Source of the DNA: Giardia intestinalis
Lineage: Eukaryota
Length of the DNA: 64,000 bases
Assembly (NCBI GenBank): GCA_000002435.2
Contig: CM018790.1
Direction: 5' to 3' (one strand)
Of this stretch, positions 49,504-58,575 are shown one piece after another. How positions within the stretch are numbered: the stretch's first letter is position 1; each line of letters opens with the position of its first letter. Under the pieces are notes generated by a model. That model saw only the letters and a list, made by a program, of their open reading frames with translations. It was not told where the DNA came from and searched no databases. The translations under genes and the position numbers were made by a program.

Positions 49504-50274
49504 ATGATAAAGCTTAGACTAGAGGACAGTAAATCGCACATTCTGAAGGCAGGAGATGGCGAGTTAGTGGACGCTTTGGACCATACAGGGGAACAATCTG
49601 CAAGGGTGATGAGGGCATCACCTTTTGCGGTTCCATACCCTACCAAAGCAGACGCGTCTGTCTATAAGTATCTCTGCTACCTGGAGTTTCTTCTGAAGCT
49701 CCAGAGGAGGTGCCATGGCTCTCAAGAGGTGGAAACCGAAATTCATGCCGTGTTGAGCACAAAGGGCCCGATCGTTAGAGGATGTTCTCTGCTGCACATC
49801 AGGACGATGGATAGTCTAGTTCGTCGCCTCAAATCGTTCTTTATAGACTTTCAGAACTGCTACGATGCAATTACATTGGTTGGCAAAGAGCTATTTGTGG
49901 GAGACAACATTGTCTGTCCACAGGTAGATAGAGATGAACTTCTATCAAGCTTTTATGTGCTTATTGGGCTTCTCAACGAAAGATCTTCACCGGCTTATCT
50001 CGAGGAAGTCTATTACTCCATCTGGGGGCTTGTTCGACAGATAGATGGTACTCAAGCAATTCAAGATGCCTTCTTCACAGAACGGAATGCACTCGTTGGC
50101 ATCTTGCAGGAGCTTTATGGTTATGTAAAGCAAAAAGAGAAGGAAACTGCGATAGACTTACCTTCGCAGATTGGAAAGCCTACCCAGCGTCTACTTGATA
50201 TTGCTCTCCGTAAGCGTTTACTCGAGCAGCTTGTTCCCCTCTACAAAGCGATGCATGCTCAAGTCAACGTCTGA
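49504..50274 (+). CDS. Hypothetical protein, 256 aa, in the same reading frame as the preceding ORF and separated from it only by TGA-CAA.
   Basis: ...KIFC-tga-caa-ATG-MIKLRLEDSK. Both ORFs have codon starts congruent 1 mod 3. Confidence 0.45.
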   Translation: MIKLRLEDSKSHILKAGDGELVDALDHTGEQSARVMRASPFAVPYPTKADASVYKYLCYLEFLLKLQRRCHGSQEVETEIHAVLSTKGPIVRGCSLLHIRTMDSLVRRLKSFFIDFQNCYDAITLVGKELFVGDNIVCPQVDRDELLSSFYVLIGLLNERSSPAYLEEVYYSIWGLVRQIDGTQAIQDAFFTERNALVGILQELYGYVKQKEKETAIDLPSQIGKPTQRLLDIALRKRLLEQLVPLYKAMHAQVNV

Positions 50275-50348
50275 CCTGCCATACTAGCGAATGGGCCCGC
50301 CGAACTTGAAAAAGGACAATCAAGCAACATGAAAATTCCAAAAAAGAG

Positions 50349-52202
50349 ATGGCGTCTGATGTGGTTATCCAGGAAAACTATGAGATTCTAGACGTAATAG
50401 GCCAGGGAGGCTTTGGCAAAGTATACAAAGTTAGGTATATTCCCACGGAGGCGTTGTACGCCTACAAGCTGATAAGCTATGCCAATGAGACCAGTGAGGT
50501 CCAGGGTCTTATAGAGTCGGAAATCAAGCTTACAAGGCACCTTTCTCATCCTAATATCATCAAGTTCCACCATGTTTACCACTCTGAAGAGCGTAAAGAA
50601 TACCATATTATTATGGATCTTTGCGAAGGCGGGGACCTTCGCCAGTTCATTGACAAGCGGCAGAGGATGCAGACTTCCCTAGAGGAGGAGCTTATATGGC
50701 TGTATATGGGACAGATCCTGCTGGCTCTAGCTTACTTACACTGCCCATTCAAGAGCGGAATCCAGCAGCACGGGCGCATAATTCACCGGGACATCAAGCC
50801 TGCTAATATTTTCATTAAAGGAAGCAATACACTAATAGTTGGAGACCTGGGGATTTGTAAGGACATTGGTCGCCACTCCTCTACTGACGCAAAGATTGGT
50901 ACTCCCGCTTACATGGCCCCCGAAGTCCTCATGAACGTTAAGCAGGGCTATAACGAGAAATCGGATATCTGGTCTCTGGGCCTGATTGTGTACGAGTTGT
51001 GCACTTTTGAAAGATTAGTAAGCGGTGCGACGGTAGCTGATGCAATCGAGTCCATAGAGTACATAAACTTCCCTATCATCGTTGAGGGCTATAGTCTGGA
51101 GCTCGTGGAAGTGATTAATGGAATGATCGATCCAAATATTATGACTAGATTTTCAGCTCATGACTTGCTAGCTCATCCGCGGTTGTGTCCGTACATCAAG
51201 CGGCTCTTAGGACCTAGCGTCACTATCGCTACCTTTACTTATGGAGGAGATCCGTTGCTTGACAAGCATAGCTATAGTTACGGCCTCCAAACTGAAGATC
51301 ACCGGGTCAATGCCACGACACCTTGCTCTGCTAAGAATGATCCTAGCTATAGCACGTCACTAGCAAACATTGCTCTTATGGCCCCAGGTAGCATTGCAGC
51401 AAAGATCTTCAATCATACTCCTCTTATGATTGCTGCCGAAGCAGGAGACCTCTGCGGTGTAGAGGCACACAAGGCGGTGTACTCAAGGAATACAAATACA
51501 CGTGGGTATACTGCGCTGATGCTGGCTGTGGAACAAGGACATATGAAATGCGTCAAATCTCTTTTGGGCGTTGAGGCAGGCCACCAGGCAAACGATGGAA
51601 CAACTGCATTAATCATTGCGCTGACTCGAGGATATACCGACATCGCTAAGCTTCTTTTCCCCCTGGAAGCAGCCATAAAAGCCTACGATGGACGCACGCC
51701 TTTGATGATAGCTGTGGAAAGGCATCACTCGGTACTGATTAAGCCCCTCGCAAAATACTCTGCCGGTGAACAACTTGCTGACGGAACGACGGCTCTCATG
51801 ATCGCAGTCCAACTATTGGATGCCGTGTCCGTAAAGGCGCTTGCCAAGGCAGAATCCGGCATAGCTACTGACAAGGGCAAAACGGCCTTAATGTTAGCTT
51901 CTGAGCAAGGAAGCCTTGCACTGTGCAAGCTTCTAGCTAAAAACGAAGCCGGGCTACAGATGCATGATGGAACAACTGCACTAATGATTGCTCTCGAGCG
52001 GGGGTATGAAGAAGTAGTTGCCCTATTATACAGACGTGAGAAGGACATCTGCAAGGACGATGGCACGACGCCCCATCAACTGGCTGCAAAGACAAATAGA
52101 CAGGACATAATGCAGATATTTACCTCTAAAAAGGACAATACTTTAATAATATCTAAAAGGGTGAAGGAGAGTGTGACGGAACTTAAAGAGCACAGATCTT
52201 AG
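50349..52202 (+). CDS. NEK-family serine/threonine protein kinase (catalytic motifs intact) with ~8 C-terminal ankyrin repeats.
   Basis: GQGGFGKVYKV glycine loop, AYK lysine, HRDIKPANIFI catalytic loop, DLG, GTPAYMAPEV, DIWSLGLIVYEL. These are followed by ANK cores GYTALMLAVEQGHMKCVKSLL, GTTALIIALTRGYTDIAKLLF, GRTPLMIAVERHH, GTTALMIAVQLLDAVSVKAL, GKTALMLASEQGSLALCKLLA, GTTALMIALERGYEEVVALL. Confidence 0.85.
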   Translation: MASDVVIQENYEILDVIGQGGFGKVYKVRYIPTEALYAYKLISYANETSEVQGLIESEIKLTRHLSHPNIIKFHHVYHSEERKEYHIIMDLCEGGDLRQFIDKRQRMQTSLEEELIWLYMGQILLALAYLHCPFKSGIQQHGRIIHRDIKPANIFIKGSNTLIVGDLGICKDIGRHSSTDAKIGTPAYMAPEVLMNVKQGYNEKSDIWSLGLIVYELCTFERLVSGATVADAIESIEYINFPIIVEGYSLELVEVINGMIDPNIMTRFSAHDLLAHPRLCPYIKRLLGPSVTIATFTYGGDPLLDKHSYSYGLQTEDHRVNATTPCSAKNDPSYSTSLANIALMAPGSIAAKIFNHTPLMIAAEAGDLCGVEAHKAVYSRNTNTRGYTALMLAVEQGHMKCVKSLLGVEAGHQANDGTTALIIALTRGYTDIAKLLFPLEAAIKAYDGRTPLMIAVERHHSVLIKPLAKYSAGEQLADGTTALMIAVQLLDAVSVKALAKAESGIATDKGKTALMLASEQGSLALCKLLAKNEAGLQMHDGTTALMIALERGYEEVVALLYRREKDICKDDGTTPHQLAAKTNRQDIMQIFTSKKDNTLIISKRVKESVTELKEHRS

Positions 52203-54826
52203 TAGACAGAATAGGTTGGCTCACCGTGGCTATCGTCGATACTGCCCTCACTGGATGTGTCTATACAGCATTCAAGCATCATGATGATTATGCCTTTGTT
52301 GGTTTGCGAACGGGCCAATGAGCATGTGGTGTTTTCCCACGCTCTGTCCTCGGGTATAGGCTCATATTGCAGAAGAATCTGGACACCCTCAACAAACCCG
52401 TGCTGCACTGCATGCATAAGAGCGGTTTTTCCACTGGTAGACTTTGCACCATGCTCCTTCGGAGCCAGGATAGCTGCACATTCCGCTCTGAGGCCGAAGA
52501 TAGCAGTCATTAAGGAGGTGTAAGAGAACCCGATCAATTCCTTTTCATATGGAACCAAGTTTTTTACCAGTTGCTCCCATCCCAAGTAGGCGCTGATCAT
52601 CATTACGGTAGATTTTCCGATTACGTAGTGGCCCATTCGGAGTAGAGAGTCTATATATCTGACTGAGTATTCTCCGTCTTGTGAAGCGTGCTTTATGACA
52701 TCGACGGAGTTTGGATTTCCTTGTTCTGCCAGCCTGAAGAGAAGGGTCTGTCCGTCTGGCTGGATAGCTAGCAAAGCGTCTGCAGAGACACCATCTGGTG
52801 CGTGTCCTAGCAAGGCATTAACGTACTCCCTTGTATAACCTTTATTTAAGAGAGAGTATCCCTGTAATTGGGCAAGTAAGCGGATGAACAGAGATCTTGC
52901 GGTCGATAGAACGTACTGGTCATACCTGTTATTTCCGCTTAGAAGCAGCTCTAGCTCCGTGGGCTTACTGTCCTTCTTTGTGGACTTACAACTCTGCTTT
53001 CCTTCTTTTGTTTGCTTGCCCTGTGGTCTCTTCATGTCTTTTACAAGTAAAAAGATCTTTGTGACCATCGGATCCTCGAAAGGCTCTGGATCATTCTCGT
53101 TCTGGTAGTGACACCAGAAGTCGCGCCTGTCCACAAACTCGGATATGAGATTGCTCAGAGATTCCGTTACCTTAAGACCTTCGCTATCTTTCAGTAACTT
53201 GTCAAAGAGACTCTGAAGTTCTGGGGTTAAAGGCTCCATGCACTCTACCGGGTCACTAAGCAAGGCATCAGTCCATGTGCCGGCAGATGTAACAGTGCTA
53301 GCCACGGTGGCAGTAGTACCGATTGCAGACTCGTGTGCGTTTATGCTTACACCTGCTGGAGCAAAGCCTTTACACCGTCGATCTAGTTGCTGCGGGAGAA
53401 TCTTTATTTGTGCCAGTTCCTCCCGAATACATTCCTGCACTTGCTGTTTAAAGTCTTGGCAAGCTGCTGTCAATGTACTGAGCTCAGATGTGATGTTGAC
53501 ATTCTGTGCTAATAGTTGGGTCAAGTGCTTGATCACGGGACCATTAGCTTCGTCCCCGCTTTTTTCCTTCTGTGTGTTTGTGATAGCTACTTGAATAGCC
53601 ACTGTTTTGACGGAGGATGCCTTTCTAGGGGTCTGTGTGGCATCCACAGAAATGCTAGTCATGACACGGCTTTCAGTGTTCTTCTTTTCTTTCAGCAGCC
53701 TTGCGTTGGTCCTTTCAAGTTCTACAATCTTCTCTTCAAGCTTTTTAATATGATAATCATCTTCTTCTTTCTCTGCCGCATGAGCTTTGATGATATCGTC
53801 TAATTCTGCCACCTTCTGCTCAAGCTTAGTCTCGAGCTCAGCATGCTGCTCCTGGAGTTGGGTGCTAATCTTCTTCAGATCGGGCTCGTCAACCAGGCTC
53901 GTTTCTACTGATTTAGATGGCGGCAGCAAGTTAAGCGATTCCATATACCCACGCACTGTAGGCAACATAAGAAGATCCTCGATACACCATCTCTGCTCGG
54001 GATTGACAACCAAGAGCATGGAAAGGCAGAGCTGAACATTTCTGTCGAGGTTTGGTATGGGCTTAACAATGACACTTTCCTTAGTTGTGGAATCGTGGTG
54101 AAACCTTGGGTACTCTAATTTAACCAAGTACCACATAATTGCTCCGACAGACCAGCAATCCAGCGCCCTGAGATGTATTTTTTCTTCTAAGTTGTCTGGT
54201 GCCAGGAATGACAGATATTCCTCGTGTGCTGCTGCGTCTGCTAACCCCTTGCTTGTTTCAATGCAATTAAACAGATTCAAAATTAATAGCTTAACTTCCA
54301 GATTGCTGTTAATAAATATAACGCTTGGAGTGACAGCAATATGAGCCACCCGTTCTTCTTCTGTCATACCTTCAAATAACTTTAGCACATGTAGGAACAA
54401 GTCAGGGGTAACATTCGTGTAGTCTTTGTCCAGGCCGACTGTATTCCGCCTTCCTTCTATGGTAGAAAACAAGATAAGTATATAAATTAGCTGAACTGTG
54501 ATCTTCCAGAATTCATCTACGTCAAGTTCCCGGTTCTGGCTCTTCAACTCGTTGATAAAGTGTGACAGAGGCACGCCGTGCTTTTCCATTACGATGTATC
54601 CATCGTCGCCGTCAAATACCAATGGATAAAACTGGATGAACCTATTCTTTGGTAGAGCGCAAAGCGCAGCAAGAGACCTATCATAAGCCTTTGGAAAAGG
54701 TGGAATGAAGTCCGACCTTTTAAACCGATAGACGCACAACCCCTTATCACGTGCATGCTCGTAGAGGTCAAAGCCCATGCTTCGATAGAGGAACCTACTT
54801 GAACAGACTTGAGCGGAGTGCTCCAT
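52199..54826 (-). CDS. NEK-like pseudokinase (kinase fold without HRD/DFG catalytic motifs) plus coiled-coil and C-terminal ankyrin repeats. It is convergent with the active NEK, and the two stop codons overlap by 4 bp.
   Basis: Kinase-like N-terminus with a subdomain-IX-like DCWSVGAIMWYLV but no HRD or DFG. Heptad-rich ELETKLEQKVAELDDIIKAHAAEKEED. ANK cores GQTLLFRLAEQGNPNSVDVI and GKTALMHAVQHGFVEGVQILL. Stop TAG at 52200-52202 (+) and TAA at 52199-52201 (-). Confidence 0.7.
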   Translation of the reverse strand: MEHSAQVCSSRFLYRSMGFDLYEHARDKGLCVYRFKRSDFIPPFPKAYDRSLAALCALPKNRFIQFYPLVFDGDDGYIVMEKHGVPLSHFINELKSQNRELDVDEFWKITVQLIYILILFSTIEGRRNTVGLDKDYTNVTPDLFLHVLKLFEGMTEEERVAHIAVTPSVIFINSNLEVKLLILNLFNCIETSKGLADAAAHEEYLSFLAPDNLEEKIHLRALDCWSVGAIMWYLVKLEYPRFHHDSTTKESVIVKPIPNLDRNVQLCLSMLLVVNPEQRWCIEDLLMLPTVRGYMESLNLLPPSKSVETSLVDEPDLKKISTQLQEQHAELETKLEQKVAELDDIIKAHAAEKEEDDYHIKKLEEKIVELERTNARLLKEKKNTESRVMTSISVDATQTPRKASSVKTVAIQVAITNTQKEKSGDEANGPVIKHLTQLLAQNVNITSELSTLTAACQDFKQQVQECIREELAQIKILPQQLDRRCKGFAPAGVSINAHESAIGTTATVASTVTSAGTWTDALLSDPVECMEPLTPELQSLFDKLLKDSEGLKVTESLSNLISEFVDRRDFWCHYQNENDPEPFEDPMVTKIFLLVKDMKRPQGKQTKEGKQSCKSTKKDSKPTELELLLSGNNRYDQYVLSTARSLFIRLLAQLQGYSLLNKGYTREYVNALLGHAPDGVSADALLAIQPDGQTLLFRLAEQGNPNSVDVIKHASQDGEYSVRYIDSLLRMGHYVIGKSTVMMISAYLGWEQLVKNLVPYEKELIGFSYTSLMTAIFGLRAECAAILAPKEHGAKSTSGKTALMHAVQHGFVEGVQILLQYEPIPEDRAWENTTCSLARSQTNKGIIIMMLECCIDTSSEGSIDDSHGEPTYSVY

Positions 54827-54950
54827 CTATGCGAAGTACAAGAATTTATTTGGAGATAAAGATAATAAGAAAACAAGACGGTAGAACACTAGAATATCTG
54901 AATAAGAATCTAGTCCTAACTCTAATGCAGAACAAAGGACAAAGATGCTG

Positions 54951-57734
54951 TCACGTGAGTATGAAAAGCACTCCGTCCTCCAGCAGAGCCGTTTGATCTT
55001 CTACTAACCTAGCTATAGCCATATCTATTTGACTGTCTGTAAGTTCCTGAACATTTGTAGAGCGGCACCGAGCCTTCAGCCACGGAATAAAGTCGCTGAG
55101 CTGCACAGCTGTGAGTCCAGTTTCCTCTGTGTACGTTGATATGGCCCTCACCACTGTTAAGTAGACGCCAGAGTCAACGGAATTATCTCCAGAAACGTCT
55201 CGTGAGCCACCAGCGGGGTCAGGATCTTGCACAATCGATGAGACACCTCCAATAAGGTGAGTTTCATCGCCAGCTATGTCGGTGTTAGATACTGTCCCGC
55301 GTACAGAGTCTTCCTTCTCACCATAAATGCAGACAACCAATAATATGTACGCCTCAATGACATCCTCTGGCTCAACCTCCCTGGGAGGAAAGCTGAGCTT
55401 CGTTAATGCCGTAGCCAGCCTAATCAAAGACTCGAGGATGCGGGCTGTAACAGGGATGTTCGGAGGATGGCGACGCGCGTTGACTGCACGCTGCCGCAAG
55501 TCTGTATAACACTTCGACACCTGTCGTACGGCCCTTTCTGACATGTAGGGGCCTGAGCGGTTCAAGGAGCGTGCGTACTTAATTATGTCTCGCAGAAATC
55601 CGTGAGAAAGAAGTGCTCGTGCTCTATTGACTGTGTACACGTCAGAATTCCAAGTCCTTTCCAATTTCTCTGTGTATATTTGATGAATTTCATCGTTAGC
55701 ACCCTGAAAATACAGCGGACTCATGAGGTCGAATGACAAGGGCATTGATGAGCCAGCAGCAGTTCCAGAATTTCCTTGCGTTGTAGCAGATCTTTGGTTT
55801 GTGTTTTTGAGGAATTCTATGAGCTCCTTGCCGTCAAATGTTAGCTCCTGGTCTTTGTACATATCATAATATCCACCCCTGCCCGGTGTGTCACCGACAG
55901 ATGATTCTTCATCATGTGCCAACTTATTTCTTATGTAGTTATCCACACAGTTATCCCCTGGAATGACATGTGTACCCTGCTTCGTGAGCTCTGCAAGGCT
56001 CTCCTCTATTCCCTGTTCTAAGGTCTTCCTTTGTTCCTGAGCAGCCTTTAAAGCGTCCAGACCCATGCTAGTCATGTGGTTTAGAAGAACATGGGAGGCT
56101 ATCTTAGCATCCATTGTATGGTCGTCCCGTACAAGGAAAACAAGATCGTATCTGCTCAACAAGGAATCTGGAAGCGCTATGTTTTCAGCAAAGGAGCGCT
56201 TTGGATCGAAGAAGCCGTAAACGGGATTGGCTGCTGCAAGTACGCTACACCGCGCATTCAGGGTACAGTGGAGGCCCGCCTTGCTGATCGAGATACTCTG
56301 CTGCTCTAAGGCCTCGTGAAGGAGAGCACGGTCATCAGCATCTACCTTATCAAATTCATCTATTAGCAGAACACCCTTATCTGCAAGAACGGCAGCGCCA
56401 GGATCCAGACGCCGCTCCCCTGTTGTCCCATCGATAACTACCGCCGCGGTTAAGCCAACTCCAGAGGATCCGCGACCTGTCGTCTGCACAGACACCGGCA
56501 TCAATTGCTTGACAACCCGCAGCATCTGGGACTTTGCGCTGCCCGGGTCTCCTATCAGGAGGATGTTAATGTCTCCGCGTATTCTACTGGAAGACGAGAA
56601 TTCGCGGGGGACCCCCTGAAGCAGTTGAAGGACTATTCCACGCTTTACAATCCAATGCCCATATATGGCTGGTGCAAACGATGCTGTTAGCACATCAAGT
56701 GCATAGCCAGAGAGGGAGACCAGCTGGGTGTTGTTCCTATGCCGCATCCAACGGGATATGTCTGTGCACCTCTTCAAGAAACGAATCACGTGTTCCTCTG
56801 CGGTCGATATGTGTCGGATCGGCGTGCGCTCCAACACATTAATGGACAGTGCAAGTAGAAAGTTTCCTATGGAGGATGACTTAGTGTTTGATGTCTCGCC
56901 AGCTCTATGGTGAACGCTGGGGTTGAATATCCCTAGTATTTCTACGAGATCACCGGATTTGCACTTGTCAATCAGATGATTGCGAAGAATGACTGGTATG
57001 GAGCGAGGCAAGCGACCAGAAGGAACATACTCCGGGTGGTCCTGGACTAGTATCTTCTGTACGCTATCAAACAGAGAGAGGCCATACTCTCGCACAGTGG
57101 CCTGTGCAGTTGACGTTCTATGCAGTCTGCTATCAGATGGAGAAGAACCGGGTGCACCAAGAGTTAGAAATGGTGCGGTTTCAGGACTGGGTTCCCCAGT
57201 GGCTGGTCCGACTTCTCCCTCGGTAAAGAGCATGGAGTGCTGCCGTAGAATGAAGCCCCGCATCGATTCAGGTGCAACGGTGGTATATGGGTCTTCATAC
57301 ATAGTTTCCAGAAAAGTCCCGGTACTAGGCTGGAACTCAATGAGTCTGGATATGGAGGGCCTGGGCGCCGTCAATTTAGTCACAATCCCCGTAATCTTGA
57401 AGAGCTGCTTCAGGCATGCAGAATTGAGATTACGAGGTAGGGTTGTATGGTCAGCAGTGACATCGCCCGTAAGAAGGACGCTGAGACGCTGAGCATGGCC
57501 ACCTGTGTAATGATTACTGTTAATATGCTCCTCGATGGCTGGGATGTATAAGTATGGCGCCTGAATGATCTCTACAAAGAGGGCGGGGCTCATCTCGCGA
57601 ATTTTCGTCATGTCCAGCTCGACTGTTGATGATGGAACAGGCCCAGAACGCGTGGCCAAAAATTGACGAGAAATATAGGAGAACTCATTCTCAAAGCGAC
57701 TGATTTCCTCCAGAGCTGCAGCATACGGTTGCAT
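54951..57734 (-). CDS. MCM2-7 family replicative helicase subunit (927 aa); the paralogue was not assigned.
   Basis: Walker A GDPGSAKSQML, the MCM box IDEFDKVDADDRALLHEALEQQSISISKAGLHCTLNARCSVLAAANP, and the arginine-finger region DSLLSRYDLVFLV. Confidence 0.85.
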   Translation of the reverse strand: MQPYAAALEEISRFENEFSYISRQFLATRSGPVPSSTVELDMTKIREMSPALFVEIIQAPYLYIPAIEEHINSNHYTGGHAQRLSVLLTGDVTADHTTLPRNLNSACLKQLFKITGIVTKLTAPRPSISRLIEFQPSTGTFLETMYEDPYTTVAPESMRGFILRQHSMLFTEGEVGPATGEPSPETAPFLTLGAPGSSPSDSRLHRTSTAQATVREYGLSLFDSVQKILVQDHPEYVPSGRLPRSIPVILRNHLIDKCKSGDLVEILGIFNPSVHHRAGETSNTKSSSIGNFLLALSINVLERTPIRHISTAEEHVIRFLKRCTDISRWMRHRNNTQLVSLSGYALDVLTASFAPAIYGHWIVKRGIVLQLLQGVPREFSSSSRIRGDINILLIGDPGSAKSQMLRVVKQLMPVSVQTTGRGSSGVGLTAAVVIDGTTGERRLDPGAAVLADKGVLLIDEFDKVDADDRALLHEALEQQSISISKAGLHCTLNARCSVLAAANPVYGFFDPKRSFAENIALPDSLLSRYDLVFLVRDDHTMDAKIASHVLLNHMTSMGLDALKAAQEQRKTLEQGIEESLAELTKQGTHVIPGDNCVDNYIRNKLAHDEESSVGDTPGRGGYYDMYKDQELTFDGKELIEFLKNTNQRSATTQGNSGTAAGSSMPLSFDLMSPLYFQGANDEIHQIYTEKLERTWNSDVYTVNRARALLSHGFLRDIIKYARSLNRSGPYMSERAVRQVSKCYTDLRQRAVNARRHPPNIPVTARILESLIRLATALTKLSFPPREVEPEDVIEAYILLVVCIYGEKEDSVRGTVSNTDIAGDETHLIGGVSSIVQDPDPAGGSRDVSGDNSVDSGVYLTVVRAISTYTEETGLTAVQLSDFIPWLKARCRSTNVQELTDSQIDMAIARLVEDQTALLEDGVLFILT

Positions 57735-57792
57735 ACCAGCTCAATATCGGGCAAAAAAGCAGAGGCCTTGTTTTTTCAAAAGACTCTTTAAA

Positions 57793-58575
57793 ATGCTTTG
57801 TGGGACCCTGTGCCTGGCTCTGTGCCTGATCAGTGTCAGCTCTGTATTTGGGTCGAAGACAGAGGATGCTGTGAAGATGGATACCATACTAACAGAGGGT
57901 GTGCACCTCTTCATGACCCAGCTTCTTCAGAGCGTGGCAGATGACTGCAAAACGTGCGTTACTGAGTACACGGCACCAGCAATAGATCTTTTTAAGGATG
58001 TCTGTGCAATATGCATCACTGAATACCGAGAGCACGGACTTAACCTATACACGAAAGGCTGTCAAGATTGCATTGAGATATACCAATCTTATCTGATGGT
58101 TCCCTATGCCGGGACGTATTCTATTTGCAGAAAGTACTATGCCAGCTACGACCTAGAGTTATTTGGCACCGGCTGCACCAAGTACATAACTGCATATCTT
58201 GACGGGGGGCTCGTCTTACCCGGAGAAGCATGCGCTCACTGCCTGAAACTTTTCATCGCGCACTCCCTTACCGTATACAATGGTAGCTGCTATGCGTACA
58301 TCGCACAAAGTACATCAAAGCAACTGGCGCAGGCGAACATTCCTCCAACACACAACTTCAAACTCGGAGAGATAATGTACGACGGTATCTTGCCTGTACG
58401 GATCTACAAGGGATGTCTACGAAGCGTCCAGAACTACTATGCGCCCCTCTTGCTAAACTTTTATAAGGATAACAGGTATGCAATATGCTTGGGAGCTATG
58501 TACTTTATGTCACTGATGATTGGCCTCGGCTGTCTACACTGTGGTGTGTATCGCTCGAAGAGTAGCGACTTATAA
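57793..58575 (+). CDS. Small cysteine-rich secreted/membrane protein (260 aa) with an N-terminal signal peptide, CxxC motifs and a C-terminal hydrophobic segment.
   Basis: MLCGTLCLALCLISVSSVFG signal peptide; CKTC, CAIC, CQDC and CAHC motifs; C-terminal YFMSLMIGLGCLHCGV. Confidence 0.5.
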   Translation: MLCGTLCLALCLISVSSVFGSKTEDAVKMDTILTEGVHLFMTQLLQSVADDCKTCVTEYTAPAIDLFKDVCAICITEYREHGLNLYTKGCQDCIEIYQSYLMVPYAGTYSICRKYYASYDLELFGTGCTKYITAYLDGGLVLPGEACAHCLKLFIAHSLTVYNGSCYAYIAQSTSKQLAQANIPPTHNFKLGEIMYDGILPVRIYKGCLRSVQNYYAPLLLNFYKDNRYAICLGAMYFMSLMIGLGCLHCGVYRSKSSDL

